Assembly: GCA_963845085.1 (NCBI GenBank) | Contig: CAWJQI010000005.1 | Coordinates: forward strand, 256,001-320,000 | Direction of reading: 5' to 3' | DNA length: 64,000 nucleotides | Source: Candidatus Fermentibacterota bacterium | GTDB lineage: Bacteria > Fermentibacterota > Fermentibacteria > Fermentibacterales > JCC-6 | Part shown: piece by piece, positions 59,612 through 64,000 of the stretch | Layout: each line of letters opens with the position of its first letter | Position numbering within the stretch: the stretch's first letter is position 1 | Notes under the pieces: model-generated | Database searches by the model: none | The model's input: only the letters and a program-made list of their open reading frames with translations | Told to the model about the DNA's origin: nothing | Position numbers and translations under genes: made by a program

Positions 59612-59842
59612 ATGGATACTGATGAGAAAGTCAGGGAAAACCGAGTACGTCGAAGACTGAAACGGCTTGAGTGTCGACTTTTCAAATCGAGGGTTCGTGA
59701 CCCTCGTAGGCTCGAGTATGGCGGATACTTGGTCCAGGACGATTGCAATAGGATTGTGTTCGGAGGAGCACATCACTTCTATTCGGCCACTCTTCAAGAT
59801 GTTGAGGAGTGGTTAGATACACTTGAAGAAGAAAACCGCTAG
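59612..59842 (+). CDS. Small phage/ICE-type basic protein
   Basis: AAGGAGG RBS; ENR.RR.L.R....L.KSR.RDP....YGGY...L.DVEEWL. Confidence 0.6.
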   Translation: MDTDEKVRENRVRRRLKRLECRLFKSRVRDPRRLEYGGYLVQDDCNRIVFGGAHHFYSATLQDVEEWLDTLEEENR

Positions 59843-60121
59843 ACAAATCTTGATCGACACTCATGCTTCGATGTGATGATTGTTGCCCTCTGTGTCACGG
59901 AAGTGGATATGAGATTTCCGGCGGGATGACTCATATGAGGAGAGGGCGTACAAAAAGGCCACCCCCGAGAAGGGCGGACAAAACGGACCGGTTTAGTACG
60001 GGATGATGAGTAAGTTTCGAATACTGCACTGAATACCGTTCTTATCTGGCACCGCTGTATCACGAAGAAGGTTCTCGAGAAGCTCCCTGGGAGTTCAAGA
60101 GAGTCAATACGGTGTTTGCAT

Positions 60122-60553
60122 TCATATTGTGTGCCCGTTCATAACCAGTGGAGGATTTCCTTGGGTCCAACCCACGACGACGAGAGTATTCTGATAGTAT
60201 GATCTCGCGTAGACACTTCCGTCCGGCGTTGATACTTCGATTTCGTAGGTGAACTGCATGCCATCTGCAAGCGCGATCATGTCATCGCTATCAAGACATA
60301 AACTGATTTGCTGGAGAGCGCCGGATTCTATCCTGGCTGATCGCTCCCAAGGAGTCGTAATGGTTGTGCTTTGCTCATTATTCGCTGTGCCATACCGAAT
60401 TGGGAGTCTGTAAGATACCTGGTCATCCCTCGTCCAGTAGACTCTGTAAGTTACATCAGCCATCTCCGACGATGAGGTGGATTCGGATGAATCGCTACAA
60501 CTAAGGACGAATGAAATGGTAGCAAATGAGATAATCACGAGAAACCGATGCAT
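60122..60553 (-). CDS. Hypothetical lipoprotein
   Basis: VLSC lipobox; GAGGAG RBS. Confidence 0.6.
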   Translation of the reverse strand: MHRFLVIISFATISFVLSCSDSSESTSSSEMADVTYRVYWTRDDQVSYRLPIRYGTANNEQSTTITTPWERSARIESGALQQISLCLDSDDMIALADGMQFTYEIEVSTPDGSVYARSYYQNTLVVVGWTQGNPPLVMNGHTI

Positions 60554-60607
60554 TGCACGCTCCTCTCATTCAGTTGTAGTAACAGGTGATTATGCTATAT
60601 GAATCGC

Positions 60608-60949
60608 TCAGTTATCCGTCCACTGCTCGTCAACATGGTTATCCCATGTAATTGACCATGAGTATCCTTCTGATTCCAGGTTCACATTCTGAACGAAGTA
60701 ATCTCCGAAGAAACCCATGGCCTTCAACTCATAGGATCCACAATCAAGCTCTATGCTCGCTTCTTGTCCAGACTCTAAGGCCAACATCCAAATCCACTCT
60801 TCAACATCGGAATCGAGGGGTTGTATGCAGATTCCCACAATAGGCCATCCAAGGTCGTTACGTACGTGTAGCTCTCCTTTGCCACAGGATATCGTGAAGC
60901 AGAATGCGACAGCTATGAGCGGAATCGGATTTCTATAGGTTAAAACCAT
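60608..60949 (-). CDS. Hypothetical lipoprotein
   Basis: TISC lipobox; beta-rich body. Confidence 0.55.
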   Translation of the reverse strand: MVLTYRNPIPLIAVAFCFTISCGKGELHVRNDLGWPIVGICIQPLDSDVEEWIWMLALESGQEASIELDCGSYELKAMGFFGDYFVQNVNLESEGYSWSITWDNHVDEQWTDN

Positions 60950-60950
60950 T

Positions 60951-61649
60951 TCAGTTTTCCTTATCACTTTCAGATTGCGCACTCTCGTTCATCAGTCGTT
61001 CTGTCTCATGCAGATCGCTTTCAGAGGATATGTATTCCGGATAGAGCTCGCTGTACATCCTGACAAGGTACTCGTTGTCCACGGCAGCGAGTTTCTGGCC
61101 GCACTTCGGACAGAAGTTCAGAGTCTTTTCAAGGAAGTTATCGCAGGCAGCGCAGTACAGCATACCCTGAGCCATCGACCGGAACTGCGCGATCTCTCTA
61201 CCGATGAGGATCCTCTGCCTTGTGGTCTTGTCTGGAGAAATCAGCCAATCCGCATGGGATACGATCTCTCTGGATCCGCAGGTTGTGCAAAACTGGCTGC
61301 CATGCTCAACGCGGTTCTTGCAGGCTTGGCAGTGCGGTCTTGACTCGAGGTGCTGTTGTGCGGCCGATTCAGCCCTTTGTCTCTCCTGCAGTACCGCCTG
61401 ATCTGCGCGATGCTTCTCCTCAAGCTGAGCCTTGACGACAGTCATCTGTGTCCAGTTCGCCGAGCCGCACTTCGCACAGACCAGCTTCTGTTGTACCGTG
61501 CCCGGAATATCCATGTGGTGCTTCGCAGGAACCACTTCGCCGATGTATCCACAGTCGTTGCACCTGACCTGTCCTTTGCTCTTGCCCACCAGCTTCGCGA
61601 TGATCCAGATTACAGCACATACCAAGATCACAACCTGTAACGCTGTCAT
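60951..61649 (-). CDS. Membrane-anchored multi-zinc-ribbon protein
   Basis: N-terminal TM; six CxxC motifs (CNDC, CAKC, CQAC, CTTC, CAAC, CPKC). Confidence 0.7.
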   Translation of the reverse strand: MTALQVVILVCAVIWIIAKLVGKSKGQVRCNDCGYIGEVVPAKHHMDIPGTVQQKLVCAKCGSANWTQMTVVKAQLEEKHRADQAVLQERQRAESAAQQHLESRPHCQACKNRVEHGSQFCTTCGSREIVSHADWLISPDKTTRQRILIGREIAQFRSMAQGMLYCAACDNFLEKTLNFCPKCGQKLAAVDNEYLVRMYSELYPEYISSESDLHETERLMNESAQSESDKEN

Positions 61650-61710
61650 GCCGACACCTCAGACTCCCTGTTACTTTTGGTAATGATGATTGCCCTGTTG
61701 AGTCCCTTGA

Positions 61711-61938
61711 TCACGTAAGCTTTGCGAGGAGGTCGCTCATGGTCATCTCAAGGCCCGAAGCCACGCGCTCAAGAACAATCAGCGTTGGATTTCTGGTTCC
61801 TCTTTCAAGGCCTGAGATATAGGTCCGATCAACCCTGATCTTCAGTGCAAGGCTCTCCTGGGTCAGGCCAAGTTCCTGCCTGCGAGTACGGAGCCTAACA
61901 CCAAATCTATCAAGAATATCCGATTCTCTCGGTTTCAT
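61711..61938 (-). CDS. XRE-family HTH regulator, R-M controller (C-protein)-like
   Basis: FG..LR..R...GLTQE.LA....VDRTYISGLERG.RNPTL. Confidence 0.88.
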   Translation of the reverse strand: MKPRESDILDRFGVRLRTRRQELGLTQESLALKIRVDRTYISGLERGTRNPTLIVLERVASGLEMTMSDLLAKLT

Positions 61939-61960
61939 GGTATGAGTATCGATTCATGGA

Positions 61961-61990
61961 TACTGCGAGTCTACGGACTATGAGTCACAT
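61961..61990 (-). promoter_or_regulatory. Tandem C-box operator
   Basis: ATGT-GACTCATAGTC-CGTA-GACTCGCAGTA, 22 nt upstream of the C-protein ATG. Confidence 0.8.
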
Positions 61991-62192
61991 CCGTAGAGCA
62001 GTTCCTTCTGTGATAAGCCTGAGGGGAGTGTTGTCAGGAGGTTGGACTAGTGGAGCTTCTCCACTGCTTCTCCATTACCAACGGGCATCCAAGTCCCGAG
62101 TTGGCGATTACTGCACCTGGATAGGTAAGAACGGTTGTATACGATCTGCATGAGCTTATCTTGCTGTATACCTTATCACAGAAGCGCAAAGA

Positions 62193-62224
62193 AGAAGGCC
62201 GCTGCCCTGAGACAACGGCCTTCT
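62193..62224 (-). terminator. Probable terminator hairpin after FG-GAP gene
   Basis: AGAAGGCCG...CGGCCTTCT stem followed on minus strand by TCTTT. Confidence 0.55.
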
Positions 62225-62238
62225 CATTCAGGGCAGGT

Positions 62239-64000
62239 CTACCTGGCGATAACAAGCCTTTCAGCAGAATTCACACCAGATCCTGCAACCCGAACGAAGT
62301 ACACCCCCGAAGGAACTGAGGAGACATCCCACTGGAAGGAACTCTCCCCGGCGGGAATGGAACCGTCGTTAAGCCTCTCCACAAGGCGGCCGTCCAGTCC
62401 GTATACCGAGACCGTGCAGTCAACGGGTTCCGGAAGGCTCAGGCGAATGACTGCTGTTGTGGTTGCTGGGCTGGGGCTGACACTGAGCCGGAGTGCAGGC
62501 TCCTCCTCTATCCCCAGTGGATCGTAGGTTACAGTAACCGTGTTGATCTGGGGGGAGACGGCGGGATTGTCACTGAGCATGGTTACCCGGTACTGAAAAT
62601 AGCTCTCGCCGTCTGAAAGGTAAGCTGACAGATCAGCAGGGGCGTAGAGCAATACACTCCACTCCCCGAGGTTCCCTGGATCATCGGAACCCCTGACTTG
62701 GAAGCAGAGCTGGGTCTCGGCGGGAACCGAAGCATCCCAGGTAAGGTCTCCCCACGAAGCGTCGTTCACGTACAGAATGTCGCTGTTGAGCCAGCCCGAA
62801 GAGCAGTAGTCCTCACCAAGACGCCACCAGTAAAGGTCGGGAGTGCTTGTTCCGTAGAAGCTGCACACGAAGTCTTCCACCCCATTGCCATCGAAGTCGC
62901 CTGGAGCGACAAGGCCGCCGGCGCTTTCAGAATCGAGACCATTTGAGAACGGGTACTCCATGAGAATCCTTTGAACGAACCTCTCCTGTGGGCTCCGTGT
63001 ATTCTCGAACATCCCCAAACTGCTCTCTCCCCGGTAGATGATGTCCATGTCGCCGTCGCTGTCGTAGTCGATGGATGCAAGACCGTAGACGTTGTCATCC
63101 GTCTCGAGGTTGTAGTAGGGGTAGAACTCGGGTCCCTTGTACCAGCTGATGCGGCCGTAATCAAAGCTCTTGCCTCCGACCATCAGATCGGCGATTCCAT
63201 CGTTATCAAGATCAACGAAGTTGGGAAAGACTCGTGAGTGTTTGAATATGGTTGAGAAACGATTTTGTACTCGAACCAACCAGATGATCCTTCCCTAAGG
63301 ATGTAGATCATTGGAGCAGGGAACTGGCCAATCAAAAGAGCAGCCGTAAGGTAACCATCGCCTGTTATCTCGGCTGCAGCAAACTCGGAACCTGTTGCTG
63401 TTCCAGCCTTCCTGTAAAGAAGATTTGGCTCCATGCAAGTCCCTCTCCAATGTTCTTGTAGAACAGAAGACTAGCGCTATTATTTATATAGTCATTAAGC
63501 ATGCAAATAATATCATTTTTACCGTCTCCATCCAAGTCCAAAACAACACCCGAAACTGGATCAATCGTCCACCATCCTTTTCTGCCACTCTCCGCCGGGA
63601 TAGCCTGGGTTTTCCCACCAGAGAGGGAATCGGCTCCTCCAATGTCATCATCAAGCCGTCTCCATTCAGATCGCCTGAGAAGATCGTCACTAGGCTGTCC
63701 GCGAAACCAACGGTCTGATGTGACCATTGGTTCTGGTTGCCTGTTGAGAGGATTGCGCCTATTGATGATGATGAGCATTTGAAAAGGTCTGTATAAGCGT
63801 CGCTGTTGACTGTGGCAGCCTAAGAAGGAAACTTCCATTATCATACACTCTCGACCACTTCATGGCTGTGCCAAGAGTCAGCGATCCTGAAGCCTGCCAT
63901 CCCATGCCGTAGCAGGAGCCGAGGTCCGATCCCCAGTCTGTCGTGGTAACTTCTCCCGTAGGGCCACTGCTCCAGTCGGTCTGAACCATTGATGCCCCAA
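62239..64000 (-). pseudogene. FG-GAP repeat secreted protein with T9SS-like C-terminus, broken by several frameshifts, 5'-truncated
   Basis: QTDWSSG N-terminus; FG-GAP pieces in different frames (GDLNGDG, DLDGDGKNDI, EITGDG); intact 62239..63279 part with DLDNDG, GDFDGNG and SPSP...DGRLV...SGVYFVR. Confidence 0.7.

Larger units (their letters stand above)
54474..64000. mobile_element. Integrative genomic island, right end beyond window
   Basis: att-like fragment, marked AT enrichment at 54.1-57.3 kb, resolvase, RadC, TA, FRG, C-protein. Confidence 0.7.

Noticed and set aside
1..64000. CRISPR array, rRNA or Sec machinery genes
   Set aside because: No regularly spaced repeats, rRNA-like sequence or selA/selB/selC/selD recognised by eye in this window

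Overview
GC-rich chromosomal window from an anaerobic diderm bacterium. The secreted proteins with T9SS/FlgD-like or [ST]-[WF]-[GA]-x-I-K C-termini and the QTDWS-type FG-GAP protein suggest Ca. Fermentibacterota or a related FCB-group lineage (inference). 1-52.6 kb is core genome: asnS, pyruvate:ferredoxin oxidoreductase, transporters, cobO, a GAPDH-like/PPDK-like pair, many lipoproteins and an AbiE toxin-antitoxin pair. From about 52.7 kb is an accessory island: IS3 end remnant, Fic, a tmRNA/tRNA 3'-end att fragment, FRG, VapBC45-like TA, serine resolvase, RadC, a C-protein with tandem C-boxes and a frameshifted FG-GAP gene. The top finding is a probable selenocysteine-sensing leader-peptide switch that the ORF track misses: a 30-codon uORF (MTAVRRT-UGA-GIELL...) with a bacterial SECIS-like hairpin 11 nt after the UGA and mutually exclusive anti-anti-SD/anti-SD/SD pairings, placed directly upstream of an outer-membrane barrel and a sodium:solute symporter (candidate selenium-uptake operon). 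A second hidden recoded gene, a secreted CGGU (CxxU) selenoprotein with its own SECIS-like hairpin, supports Sec use in this organism. No selA/selB/selC/selD gene is in the window.
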